Below are positions 55,655 through 64,000 of a stretch of 64,000 nucleotides of DNA, in pieces (position 1 is the first letter of the stretch; each line of letters starts with the position of its first letter). The translations under genes were made by a program, and so were the position numbers. Origin of the DNA: a virus (taxonomy: Duplodnaviria; Caudoviricetes); the IMG/VR virus record IMGVR_UViG_3300044658_000165, positions 3,622 to 67,621 of that record; one strand, written 5' to 3'. The notes beneath the pieces are model-generated. The model was not told where the DNA came from and searched no databases. It worked only from the letters and a program-made list of their open reading frames with translations.

Positions 55655-57814
55655 ATGTTGACTTTTTCCCGCCTCGGCAGAATGGGTAATCTGGGAAACC
55701 AGTTGTTCGAGATCGCCAGCACTATCGGTCTTGCTGCCAAACATGGCCATGATTACCAATTTCCAGAATGGGCATATCAAAAATTTTTTATAGGGCCGAT
55801 TCCTACAGGGCAATTACCTGGTACGCCTGTATTAAATGAACAACTATATCATAACCACGACTGGCCGATAAAACGTGGCGAGAATTATGACCTCAAAGGC
55901 TGGTTGCAATCAGAAAAGTACTGGGAAAACGTTGAACCGCAGATCAGAAAGCTGTTTACCTTCCAGGAAGAGTTAGCCGCAGGTGTCCGCAACCGGTTTG
56001 CCGCTGCTTTTAAAAAACCAACAATTGCAATTTCCATCCGCCGCGGTGATTATGTCGATAATCCAAACTACGAGCTGCTACCGGTTACATATTATATTCA
56101 GGCTCTCCTTCATCACTTCCCGAATTGGCAGGACTACAATATTATTTTCTTCAGCGATGACCTACCCTATTGCCGGATTCACTTTGAATGCCTTCAAAAT
56201 GCCTGGTTCACTGATGGCCTGAACGCGATTGAGCAGCTATGCCTAATGAGCATGTGCAACCACTTTATTATTGCCAACAGCACATTCAGCTGGTGGGGCG
56301 CTTACCTGGGTGAGAAAGAGGAAACCAAGATTATCCGGCCGGCATACCTCTTCGCCGGGCCGTTGCTGGCGAAGAACGACGCAAAGGACTTTTATCCCGA
56401 TCGATGGATCTCTTTCGATCATAAGCAGCAGAAGCTGGACCTGCGCGATGTAACTTTCACTATTCCGGTATTCCACGATCATACCGACCGGCGCCAGAAC
56501 CTGGATTTATCCGTATGCATGCTGCAACGCGATTTCGATACCAACGTAATTGTTGGCGAGCAGGGTAGCAATCAGTTCGGTTACATGGCCCAATGGTCAA
56601 AGTATGTGCGGTTCGATGATATGAAGGACTTCCACCGCACAAAGATGTTGAATGATATGGCGATGACGGCTGAAACTCCAATTATAGTGAACTGGGACTG
56701 CGATGTATTCGTGCCACCGATGCAAGTATGGTTGGCTGTCGAAGCAATCCGCAATGGCCAGGATATGGTATATCCATACGATGGTCGGTTCGCCCGGGTG
56801 CCGCGCACCTGGTTCAAAAAGATGGAACACCATCTGGATATCGGGATTTTCGGCGATACCGAATTCACCGGCAAGAAAGGGAAGCCGATGCCGGTTTCAT
56901 CGGTCGGCGGCGCCATCTTTTTTGACAAATCAGCGTTCATCGACGGGGGGATGGAAAACGAAAAGATGATAAGCTATGGTCCCGAAGATTGCGAACGCTG
57001 GGATCGGTTCCATGCCCTGGGCTTTAAGGTAACCCGGATTCAGGGCACACTTTACCACTTGGATCACTTTATCGGTCCGAACAGCTCGAGCCGGTGCCCC
57101 TACTTTAAAGCCAACCATAACGAGCTGGCCAAAATTCGGGCAATGAAACCGGAAAGGTTGCGCGAGTATGTCGATTCCTGGCCATGGCGCCACATGTACA
57201 CCGAACGGTACTACAACCGGATATCGGAATCCGCGATCGCGTCGGCTCGGCAAGTGTTTTCAGCCCTGGCGTTGGAAGGAATAAAGCCGGAATCAGTAAT
57301 CGATATCGGTTGTGGTGTCGGTGAATGGGGTAAGGATGCGCCTTTCAAATACATCGGTGTTGATTATCGGGTGCCGAAACGGTCTCTGGTTATTCCGGAG
57401 GATCGGTATTATGATTACGATCTTACGAGCGGAAAGCCTTTCCCTGCCGGTAAGTTTGACCTGGTGCTATGTATGGAAGTACTCGAGCATATCCCTGAGC
57501 AGTACGCAGATCAGGTAATTAGTCTATTATGTAGTCTGGGAGACTGGGTGCTTTTCAGCGCGGCCATTCCCTACCAGGGCGGAGTAGGGCATGTAAATGA
57601 ACAGTGGCAGAGCTATTGGGCGCAAAAGTTTGCCGCCAATGGCTTTTACCAATCCAGGATTAAAATGCGGGATCTCATTAATGATTACCCTTTAATCGAT
57701 ATCTGGTACCGGCAGAACGCTGTTTTGTATGAACGGAATGGTGAGGGCGGTCTGGTTACCTGCTATGTGCACCCGGGGATGTATCTGAATGTGGTGAAAA
57801 GTTTGGCTAAATAG
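55655..57814 (+). CDS. fusion of GT11 alpha-1,2-fucosyltransferase-like, GT7C/GT2-like and SAM methyltransferase domains
   Basis: GNLGNQLF, IRRGDY, FSDD, ANSTFSWWGAYL; WDCD, GGAIFF, YGPEDCE; IDIGCG, CMEVLEH, FSAA...GHVNEQ. Confidence 0.88.
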   Translation: MLTFSRLGRMGNLGNQLFEIASTIGLAAKHGHDYQFPEWAYQKFFIGPIPTGQLPGTPVLNEQLYHNHDWPIKRGENYDLKGWLQSEKYWENVEPQIRKLFTFQEELAAGVRNRFAAAFKKPTIAISIRRGDYVDNPNYELLPVTYYIQALLHHFPNWQDYNIIFFSDDLPYCRIHFECLQNAWFTDGLNAIEQLCLMSMCNHFIIANSTFSWWGAYLGEKEETKIIRPAYLFAGPLLAKNDAKDFYPDRWISFDHKQQKLDLRDVTFTIPVFHDHTDRRQNLDLSVCMLQRDFDTNVIVGEQGSNQFGYMAQWSKYVRFDDMKDFHRTKMLNDMAMTAETPIIVNWDCDVFVPPMQVWLAVEAIRNGQDMVYPYDGRFARVPRTWFKKMEHHLDIGIFGDTEFTGKKGKPMPVSSVGGAIFFDKSAFIDGGMENEKMISYGPEDCERWDRFHALGFKVTRIQGTLYHLDHFIGPNSSSRCPYFKANHNELAKIRAMKPERLREYVDSWPWRHMYTERYYNRISESAIASARQVFSALALEGIKPESVIDIGCGVGEWGKDAPFKYIGVDYRVPKRSLVIPEDRYYDYDLTSGKPFPAGKFDLVLCMEVLEHIPEQYADQVISLLCSLGDWVLFSAAIPYQGGVGHVNEQWQSYWAQKFAANGFYQSRIKMRDLINDYPLIDIWYRQNAVLYERNGEGGLVTCYVHPGMYLNVVKSLAK

Positions 57815-57858
57815 TACAATGGGCACATTAAAACGTATAATATGTTAAGGGGTTCCAA

Positions 57859-57886
57859 ATGCTGGCTTCGGTCGGCATTTTTATTT
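57859..57886 (+). terminator. terminator of the glyco-operon
   Basis: ATGCTGGC-TTCG-GTCGGCAT-TTTTATTT. Confidence 0.75.
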
Positions 57887-58233
57887 AAAAACAACTCGTC
57901 AGAAGTTATACACAAAAAAAATTAAAAGTGTGAATTTTAGCAAAAACAAGCCCCTATTGAATTTCATGACATTTAGAGCTACATATACACAGGTGTGTTT
58001 ATTTAATTCAAGGAAAGTTTTTGAATTTCCTGGAGCTTTGAAAAAGCAGAATGGGTTAGTGGCTGATAAGGCATTTATATTACAAGTTTTCCCCAAATTA
58101 ACTTATTCAGGGGGTGTGGATATAAATTCCTCCAAAAGTGCGGGTTTAATGGACCTTTGAGAAGTAGTTTTGTTAGATCACCCGGGTTAATGATATGGAC
58201 TGGTTTGCGCCAGTTTTGATATGTGTGGCTTCC

Positions 58234-58416
58234 AAAAAAAACGCCGAATGGTTAAGGCCCATTCAGCGGCTCAGTAAGGCACTGAGTATTTTGAAACCTT
58301 ACGTAGAAATAACTGTTTTGATTTGGATTGCACTCCATAACAGGTAAAACCTACGTTCTACAGAATGCCGATCGCTAGCAACGGTCGGCTTCTTTTTTCG
58401 TATTACGCCGTGTAAT
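58234..58416 (-). ncRNA. candidate multi-hairpin small RNA
   Basis: Perfect TATATTTG at 58430-58423; several stems; ends CGCTGAATGG-GCCTTAA-CCATTCGGCG-T8. Confidence 0.55.
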
Positions 58417-58715
58417 ACGCCACAAATATAACTACGGGCGCCTAACTTTCGCGGATTTCCGCGCCGAAACCCGCCGATATTAATTCACAAATGTTTAAAA
58501 AAACGACGTTTCCCTCGATTTGTCGTTTTCAATTCCTTAAGACACAACAAATAAACTACTGACTTTCATTTATTTATAACCGTTTCTGATTTAACCGGAA
58601 TTTACGGCCGGAAACCGCCATTTATCGCGGAGAAGACCGGCGCTCCCGGCGGATTCAGCGGCGCCGCGCCGCAAAGTCTTTAAGCGGATTCCCGCTTACC
58701 TGCAGGTAAACCTGT

Positions 58716-58946
58716 TTATTTCAAAAGGGAATTACTCACCTTATGAAGCTGCGCAAACATCTTCCCCTGCTGCTTCTGATCATTAGCAGGAAACTGGTTC
58801 CACAGCGGAGTGCTCAGCCAAACCTCGTTTGTATCGATATTCCATATGCCGGCATGCTCATGGCCGTTCAATTCCGGCTTATGGTGGATGACAACGGTAA
58901 CCGGTTCGGTAAGACCTTTGGGTATGAAGATGATAGTGCGGCGCAT
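58716..58946 (-). CDS. hypothetical protein
   Basis: Likely start MRRTIIFIPKG. Confidence 0.55.
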   Translation of the reverse strand: MRRTIIFIPKGLTEPVTVVIHHKPELNGHEHAGIWNIDTNEVWLSTPLWNQFPANDQKQQGKMFAQLHKVSNSLLK

Positions 58947-58973
58947 GAGCGTGAAATTACATCGTTTCGGCAA

Positions 58974-59090
58974 ACACCTTCCTCGTACTTTTTACTGATA
59001 TCGGTGGCGCCGGCTTCCACCAGCCACTTTTCTATGCGTCCCATGGGACGTGATAGCGGGCACTTCGGATATATAGTTTTTGATATTCAT
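58974..59090 (-). pseudogene. frameshifted gene remnant
   Basis: MNIKNYISEVPAITS, one extra C, then MGRIEKWLVEAGATDISKKYEEG in the next frame. Confidence 0.4.
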
Positions 59091-59142
59091 ACAATATTTC
59101 GTTTATGTACTCCGTTACTTATCTAACCTAACGAGACTGATT

Positions 59143-59337
59143 ATGTCAGGAAAACAGAAAGTTGAAAACGGCTGTTTGATGGCCTTTTTAATAATTTTCG
59201 GACTATCTTTCTTTATGATGATTGCAAATAGTGAACGAAAACACCCAACAAAATTTACATTTATTCCCATTGGAATTTTCGCTTTATGCTTGTTGGTTGT
59301 AATCATATTTATGAACAAGAACATGCCGAAGAATTAA
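59143..59337 (+). CDS. small 2-TM membrane protein
   Basis: Two hydrophobic helices, AT-rich, inverted orientation. Confidence 0.6.
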   Translation: MSGKQKVENGCLMAFLIIFGLSFFMMIANSERKHPTKFTFIPIGIFALCLLVVIIFMNKNMPKN

Positions 59338-59341
59338 TCAT

Positions 59342-59602
59342 CTACTCATGCTCCCTCCTTTCCCTGGCATGGTCACAATCCCAGACTTTTATCGGCGCCT
59401 TCAATAACCGGCCACTGCAGTCGTAATGTGTACAGCTGTCGCCATGGATCACCGTTAACCCGATCCTGGATATTGCAAAACCCATAGGCCGGATAGTCAC
59501 CAGCATTTGTTCGCGTACGGCGCCGGCCGGCGGAGTCACTTCCAGGTTGCGCGCTGGTGCGCACGTGGCGAAGAGCAGAATTACAGGTAAGAGCTTTTTC
59601 AT
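59342..59602 (-). CDS. hypothetical exported protein
   Basis: MKKLLPVILLFATC signal-like start. Confidence 0.55.
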   Translation of the reverse strand: MKKLLPVILLFATCAPARNLEVTPPAGAVREQMLVTIRPMGFAISRIGLTVIHGDSCTHYDCSGRLLKAPIKVWDCDHARERREHE

Positions 59603-59796
59603 TTTAAATGCTTTTTAAATTCGATAGCCTGGTACTGGCCACCTACCTTTTGAATATTGTACACCTTAACATCCCTACGTACAGTACTCCTGGAAATTCC
59701 TAATGCTTCCGCAGCGGCGGCAAAAGTTCGTTCCCGATTCAGTGCTTTTAATATGAGGATCTTACGGTGATCGTTTAGATTGAGGTTTTCTTCCAT
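59599..59796 (-). CDS. Fis-like HTH protein
   Basis: ILKALN...TFAAAAEALGISRSTVRR. Confidence 0.75.
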   Translation of the reverse strand: MEENLNLNDHRKILILKALNRERTFAAAAEALGISRSTVRRDVKVYNIQKVGGQYQAIEFKKHLK

Positions 59797-59798
59797 GG

Positions 59799-60458
59799 CT
59801 ATGATTCAAGAAATTTTTTAAGTTTATCAATAGCGTCCTGTTCGGTAGTTCCCTGTTGTTCAACCTCACATTTTAACGGAGCAGTTACCTGGCAGGTTGC
59901 GATCCAAACATCTCTGGTGATTTTCTTTGTAGTAAACGCACTATTATTGGTTCCTTTCGTTAAAGGGTGAAGGTTATCAACTTCCGGAAGCCGTCCGGTA
60001 TATTCCCAAAGACCGAGGCTCCCTTTGGCCGGTATACCAGTTTTGAATAACACAGGGTTTGAAAGTTGCCAGCCATAACGGCCTGGAGAGTAATCACCGA
60101 AGGCTTCTTCTTTTATAGATATTAGCACCATCCGAAGTTCATCTCCTATAACTATTTTATCATTGACTTTAAAGCCAATGCCGCTGGCTCCTGCCCACGC
60201 TTTTTCGGTCGGGAAAGTATCTATCAGATCTACCTTGCCAATTATTTGCCCCAGTGGAAGATCCTCGAAGAAACCTAAACCGGCACCGTGCTTTTTTTTA
60301 AACTCAACGCACAGGTTCATTTGATCACCGGTAAACTTTTTCGAGGCATGAATTAAAAGAGGGCCTCGATACTTCGTATTCCAGGAACGTGTTTCAATTT
60401 GCTTTTCACCCAGAACTACCAACGATGCCCAGGGCTGAAGGAGGGATATGACTTTCAT
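59799..60458 (-). CDS. ASCH domain protein
   Basis: ISLLQPWASLVVLGEKQIETRSW..KYRGPLLIHAS; KGSLGLW. Confidence 0.9.
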   Translation of the reverse strand: MKVISLLQPWASLVVLGEKQIETRSWNTKYRGPLLIHASKKFTGDQMNLCVEFKKKHGAGLGFFEDLPLGQIIGKVDLIDTFPTEKAWAGASGIGFKVNDKIVIGDELRMVLISIKEEAFGDYSPGRYGWQLSNPVLFKTGIPAKGSLGLWEYTGRLPEVDNLHPLTKGTNNSAFTTKKITRDVWIATCQVTAPLKCEVEQQGTTEQDAIDKLKKFLES

Positions 60459-60943
60459 TTCTTAAATTTTACAGGTATTACATTTCCGGGCACATATAGC
60501 GGATGCTGTGGTGAGCCATCCTTATTTATTTTCAAAGCATAAGCATCAGGGAACATATCAATAATTGCTTGCGACCATTTTTCAGCCTGTTTGAATTTCC
60601 CCCAGGCAAAAACTATTCGCTGACAATGCTTCGCCAGGGCTTCAACCCACTTATCATTTTCACCAATAGGATCTTCGCAGGTTTGCAGGTCTTCAGGATA
60701 AGGGGAAATCCAACCATATATATTCGCCATAACCACCCCACCGAAACCCCAGTTATACCCGAATGATATTACGCGGCGGATGGTAGGATCATTTTTTCGT
60801 TCATTTGCCCTGGAAGGATTTAGGCCAATAAACATAACTATACCTTTGTCAGGATTCCAAACACGCCATAGGGCATACCGGTAATGGCGTTCTGTGCTGA
60901 ATTCGGCGCCGCTACCTTCGAGTTTTATGTTGGTGATGTCCAT
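60455..60943 (-). CDS. DUF1643 protein
   Basis: YRYALWR, FIGLNPS, DPTIRR, IGENDK, FAWG, HPLY. Confidence 0.88.
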   Translation of the reverse strand: MDITNIKLEGSGAEFSTERHYRYALWRVWNPDKGIVMFIGLNPSRANERKNDPTIRRVISFGYNWGFGGVVMANIYGWISPYPEDLQTCEDPIGENDKWVEALAKHCQRIVFAWGKFKQAEKWSQAIIDMFPDAYALKINKDGSPQHPLYVPGNVIPVKFKK

Positions 60944-60966
60944 AAGTATATTAACCCTGATTGATT

Positions 60967-61383
60967 TCAAAACAGTTTTGTGGTGTAGCGGAATCCCTGA
61001 AAGCCTTTTAATATTCTTTTGTAGGGACACTTTTCAAATGGGCCTGATAATATCACAAATGGTTTATCCATCAACTTCTGCTTGCCTGTAGCGCCATAAC
61101 CGATAATGCCAGGATTGGGCTTCCTGTGAAAGCCGCCGCAATAAACGCGGCCATATAAGCGGTTGGCTACGATGATATAGATGTGGTCTACCTCTATCGT
61201 TGGCATAATTGAACAGGTGTGCATCCAGTAGCTACCTATCTCATGCTCACTCATCGTTTGCTGGAAAGCCTTCAAAAATGTTTTCAGGCCGCCTTGTTCT
61301 TTTATCATTTGTTGACCAAAAGTCACAACAATGCCTTCAGGCATGATCGACGGATCTTTGGAGTACCCGGTTGGTGTGATCAT
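60967..61383 (-). CDS. hypothetical protein, possible PUA/ASCH-like fold
   Basis: C-terminal KGFQGFRY resembles the ASCH terminal strand. Confidence 0.6.
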   Translation of the reverse strand: MITPTGYSKDPSIMPEGIVVTFGQQMIKEQGGLKTFLKAFQQTMSEHEIGSYWMHTCSIMPTIEVDHIYIIVANRLYGRVYCGGFHRKPNPGIIGYGATGKQKLMDKPFVILSGPFEKCPYKRILKGFQGFRYTTKLF

Positions 61384-61594
61384 TGTTCATCTTCGATTTA
61401 AATTTGATAAATACTTGGATGTTACTGGTATCAATGATTGCAATACTTTTTAGCAGACGTTCAATCTTTTTATTTAATTGTCTCTCCCGAGATTGAACAC
61501 CCTGCTCCCATGGTCTTCCCTTTAAATACCATAACCAAATGTTCTCTTTATGAATCAGTCTACGGTCCTGATATATCTCTATCCAGCAACTCAT
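61337..61594 (-). CDS. hypothetical protein
   Basis: Overlapping operon arrangement. Confidence 0.55.
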   Translation of the reverse strand: MSCWIEIYQDRRLIHKENIWLWYLKGRPWEQGVQSRERQLNKKIERLLKSIAIIDTSNIQVFIKFKSKMNNDHTNRVLQRSVDHA

Positions 61595-62022
61595 ATCTCT
61601 TTGATTGTAATGTTGTGAACCTTCTTCATCAACCGCCGCTTCTTCAGGTACTCCCGGGTCCGGTGGCCTTTCGCATCTTCTACCACCTTTTCCCCGGTGG
61701 CCGCGATTATGTAAACAAAATCGGCGATGTACTTTAGCGAGTGAGTACCACCGGTGTTGAGCTCAAAGGGAACCTGCAGCTCTAGTAAACCAATGATGCC
61801 GGCCTTCAGCATAAGTTTCAGTTCCCCATAGCGATGCGCTTCCTTTTCACTATCGAACGTGATCCCATCCACCTCATGCTTTCTATTCCCGTACTTCGAT
61901 CGCTTTTCTTTCGGCTGTTCCGTATCGACCGGTGCCGGCTTCGGGTTATTCACCTTGTAGCCGCGAATCTTTCCAGCGGCCAGCTGTTGTTTTATATACT
62001 CTATGGTAATGCCGGTTTTCAT
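61591..62022 (-). CDS. DUF1064 PD-(D/E)XK-type endonuclease (resolvase-like)
   Basis: SKYGNRK..VDGITFDSEKEA, YIADF, VEDAKG. Confidence 0.88.
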   Translation of the reverse strand: MKTGITIEYIKQQLAAGKIRGYKVNNPKPAPVDTEQPKEKRSKYGNRKHEVDGITFDSEKEAHRYGELKLMLKAGIIGLLELQVPFELNTGGTHSLKYIADFVYIIAATGEKVVEDAKGHRTREYLKKRRLMKKVHNITIKEI

Positions 62023-63555
62023 TTAGAAAGGGAGGTCTTCGTCTTTTGCATTATCAGCGAATGGCATGCGTGGGCTCTCCTTCAACACATCTTTCAATGG
62101 TCGTAGATTCTGCCCTGGGGCAGGTGATGGTGCTGGTTTTGAAAATTCCTTGTCAACCTCTTCCCACTCCTGGGTATCCTTATTCAGTTCGAAGTCGATG
62201 GTAAGCAGCATGCCATTACGGGCCTTAGCGATACGAGCATAGCGCCGATTTTTCAACGATGCATCATTGGCAATCTCGTCCTCATCAGGTGCCCACAAGA
62301 AAATAACATTGTCAGCATCCTGCTCGATGGAACCTGATTCCCGCAGATCACTCAATTGCGGCTGGCGTTTGGGACCGTTACGCTTTTCAACATCGCGACT
62401 CAATTGCGATAGTGCGATGATGGGAATACCCAGTTCCTTCGCGAGTAATTTCAGGCCACGGGATATCTTTGAAATTTCCTGCTCACGGTTACCACGATTA
62501 TCATCACCACTCATCAGTTGGAGGTAGTCAACCAGGATCAGCCCGATATTGAACTTCTTTTTTAGCCGGCGGGCTTTTGCTCGTAGTTTCAACAGGTTCA
62601 GGCCTGGCTGGTCATCGATGAATATTTTGGTGCCGGCCAGCGTTTGAACCCCATCGCGATATAGCCTGGTCATATCCTCGTTTTCGAGCCGACCGGTTTG
62701 TATACGGTGAAGCATCATCCCGCTTTCTGCTGCCAGCATGCGCAACCCCAACTGTACGTCTTCCATTTCCAATGACCAGATTGCTACAGGTACCGGCTTC
62801 TCCGGGTTTAGCGCGGCATTACGTGCAAGTCGCAGGGCAAACGATGTTTTACCTACCGATGGCCGTGCTGCCAGGATAATCAGGTCTGAAGGCTGCCAGC
62901 CGCGGGTGGCTCGATCGAGTTGTTCATAGCCAGATGGCACACCGGTGACGTGGCTGTCCTGTTTACGCCACTCTTCAATTCTGCCGAGCGTTTTAACAAT
63001 CACACTATCGATGCCCTTCACATCACCAGTAACATGCCGGCTGCCTAAGCTCATCAGTTGCTCTTCTGCCTGATCGAGCATCTCAAATACATCAGTAGAA
63101 TCTTCATAGGCCTCATTAACCATCTCCATTCCAACGCGGATCATTTCCCTTCCCAGAAACTTCTGGGCAATGATCTTTGCATGGTTTTCAATACTTGCTG
63201 CAGAAACCACTTTGTTCGTAAGTTGTGTTACGTAATAGGGGCCTCCAACAAGCTCGAGCTTTTCCTGCCGCCGCAATTCATCCACAACAATTCCAATATC
63301 CGTGGGTTGCCCTTTTTGGTGCAGGGAAACCATGCAGCGAAAAATTTCCTGATGGGCAGAAACGTAGAAAGATTCATCGGTGATAAATTCCAACACCCTA
63401 TCGATTGCATCGGGCACTAATAGGATAGCTCCCAACACTTTTTCTTCAAGATCTTTTGCTTGGGGCGGGATTTTACCATACACCATGCTTGGAATATCGA
63501 TCGACTTTTTTCGCCGCTCTTTTTGGTCCTGATTACGTTTGGTAAGGTCTTTCAT
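62023..63555 (-). CDS. dnaB: DnaB replicative helicase
   Basis: AARPSVGKT, SLEM, VDYLQLM, LSQLSR, DLRESGSIEQDAD. Confidence 0.95.
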   Translation of the reverse strand: MKDLTKRNQDQKERRKKSIDIPSMVYGKIPPQAKDLEEKVLGAILLVPDAIDRVLEFITDESFYVSAHQEIFRCMVSLHQKGQPTDIGIVVDELRRQEKLELVGGPYYVTQLTNKVVSAASIENHAKIIAQKFLGREMIRVGMEMVNEAYEDSTDVFEMLDQAEEQLMSLGSRHVTGDVKGIDSVIVKTLGRIEEWRKQDSHVTGVPSGYEQLDRATRGWQPSDLIILAARPSVGKTSFALRLARNAALNPEKPVPVAIWSLEMEDVQLGLRMLAAESGMMLHRIQTGRLENEDMTRLYRDGVQTLAGTKIFIDDQPGLNLLKLRAKARRLKKKFNIGLILVDYLQLMSGDDNRGNREQEISKISRGLKLLAKELGIPIIALSQLSRDVEKRNGPKRQPQLSDLRESGSIEQDADNVIFLWAPDEDEIANDASLKNRRYARIAKARNGMLLTIDFELNKDTQEWEEVDKEFSKPAPSPAPGQNLRPLKDVLKESPRMPFADNAKDEDLPF

Positions 63556-64000
63556 ATCCCAAGTTTTTTACGGTTTTCAGCTTCTTCCAATTCACGAGCA
63601 GATGGGCCGGTGTTAATAGGTGTAATCACATTGGCACCTTGCTTTTTATCCCGCATTCTAATCCAGCTGCGAAGCGTAAGGTTTGCTGACTCATACTTCT
63701 TTAGCAACTCCTTGTGGTTATGCATGGAGAGGATCACTTCCTGTAGCAACGCACGCCCATTTTCACCTGGAAAATCACTTCTGAGCTTCAAATACTGATT
63801 GATAGTCAACGGCTCTTTCATCTTATTGACTTTTGAAGCGTACTTTTCAATCCAGCCGGAGAAAGCATTAAACAAATTTTCTTCTTCAGGAGAGTGTGTC
63901 GGCGCGCCAGCGCCATCCCCATTATCCTTTTTACCCTTATTACCCTTATTATTATTTGTTCCCTCGCTGTCTCCTGGGTGTTCCCTCGCTGTTCCGGTCT
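63552..64000 (-). CDS. replication initiator, C-terminal part (truncated by window)
   Basis: Frame open to the edge; NNNKGNKGKK linker typical of lambda O-like proteins; directly upstream of dnaB. Confidence 0.7.
   Translation of the reverse strand, partial: TGTAREHPGDSEGTNNNKGNKGKKDNGDGAGAPTHSPEEENLFNAFSGWIEKYASKVNKMKEPLTINQYLKLRSDFPGENGRALLQEVILSMHNHKELLKKYESANLTLRSWIRMRDKKQGANVITPINTGPSARELEEAENRKKLGI
63958..63992 (+). repeat. iteron-like direct repeat in the initiator gene
   Basis: GTTCCCTCGCTGT at 63958-63970 and 63980-63992. Confidence 0.6.

Noticed and set aside
264-57814. DNA hypermodification pathway (C5 MTase + glycosyltransferases)
   Set aside because: No TET/JBP dioxygenase or dCMP hydroxymethylase seen, and the MTase is far from the GT operon; cannot be excluded outside the window.
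57899-58160. Overlapping short ORFs on both strands and a DnaA-box-like TGTGGATAT at 58115
   Set aside because: AT-rich, no motifs; a single mismatched box is expected by chance.

Overview
The whole 64 kb window is a temperate, lambda-like siphophage of a Bacteroidota host (probably Chitinophagaceae-like, inferred from TAnnTTTG promoters, a Bacteroidota-type integrase and lack of Shine-Dalgarno sites). No host housekeeping genes are present. Phage genes flank an apparently intact attP (about 17670-17910), so the sequence looks like a circularly permuted free or excised genome rather than an integrated prophage. The minus strand carries early genes (cro, two tRNAs, HNH, RecT/AAA/MBL, two DNA methyltransferases) and, from the right edge, replication, terminase, an unusually ordered tail-then-head module, a signal-peptide-bearing SGNH tail fibre and an extended lysis cassette ending in a G8/beta-helix/PA14 protein. 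The most striking accessory element is a plus-strand three-gene glycan-modification operon (Stealth-like transferase, MycE-like O-methyltransferase, GT11-GT7C-methyltransferase fusion). It is divergent from terS and shares a 17-bp palindromic promoter element with the head and fibre genes, which suggests a late-expressed, possibly virion-glycosylating system. All family calls come from motif recognition by eye; no database searches were run.
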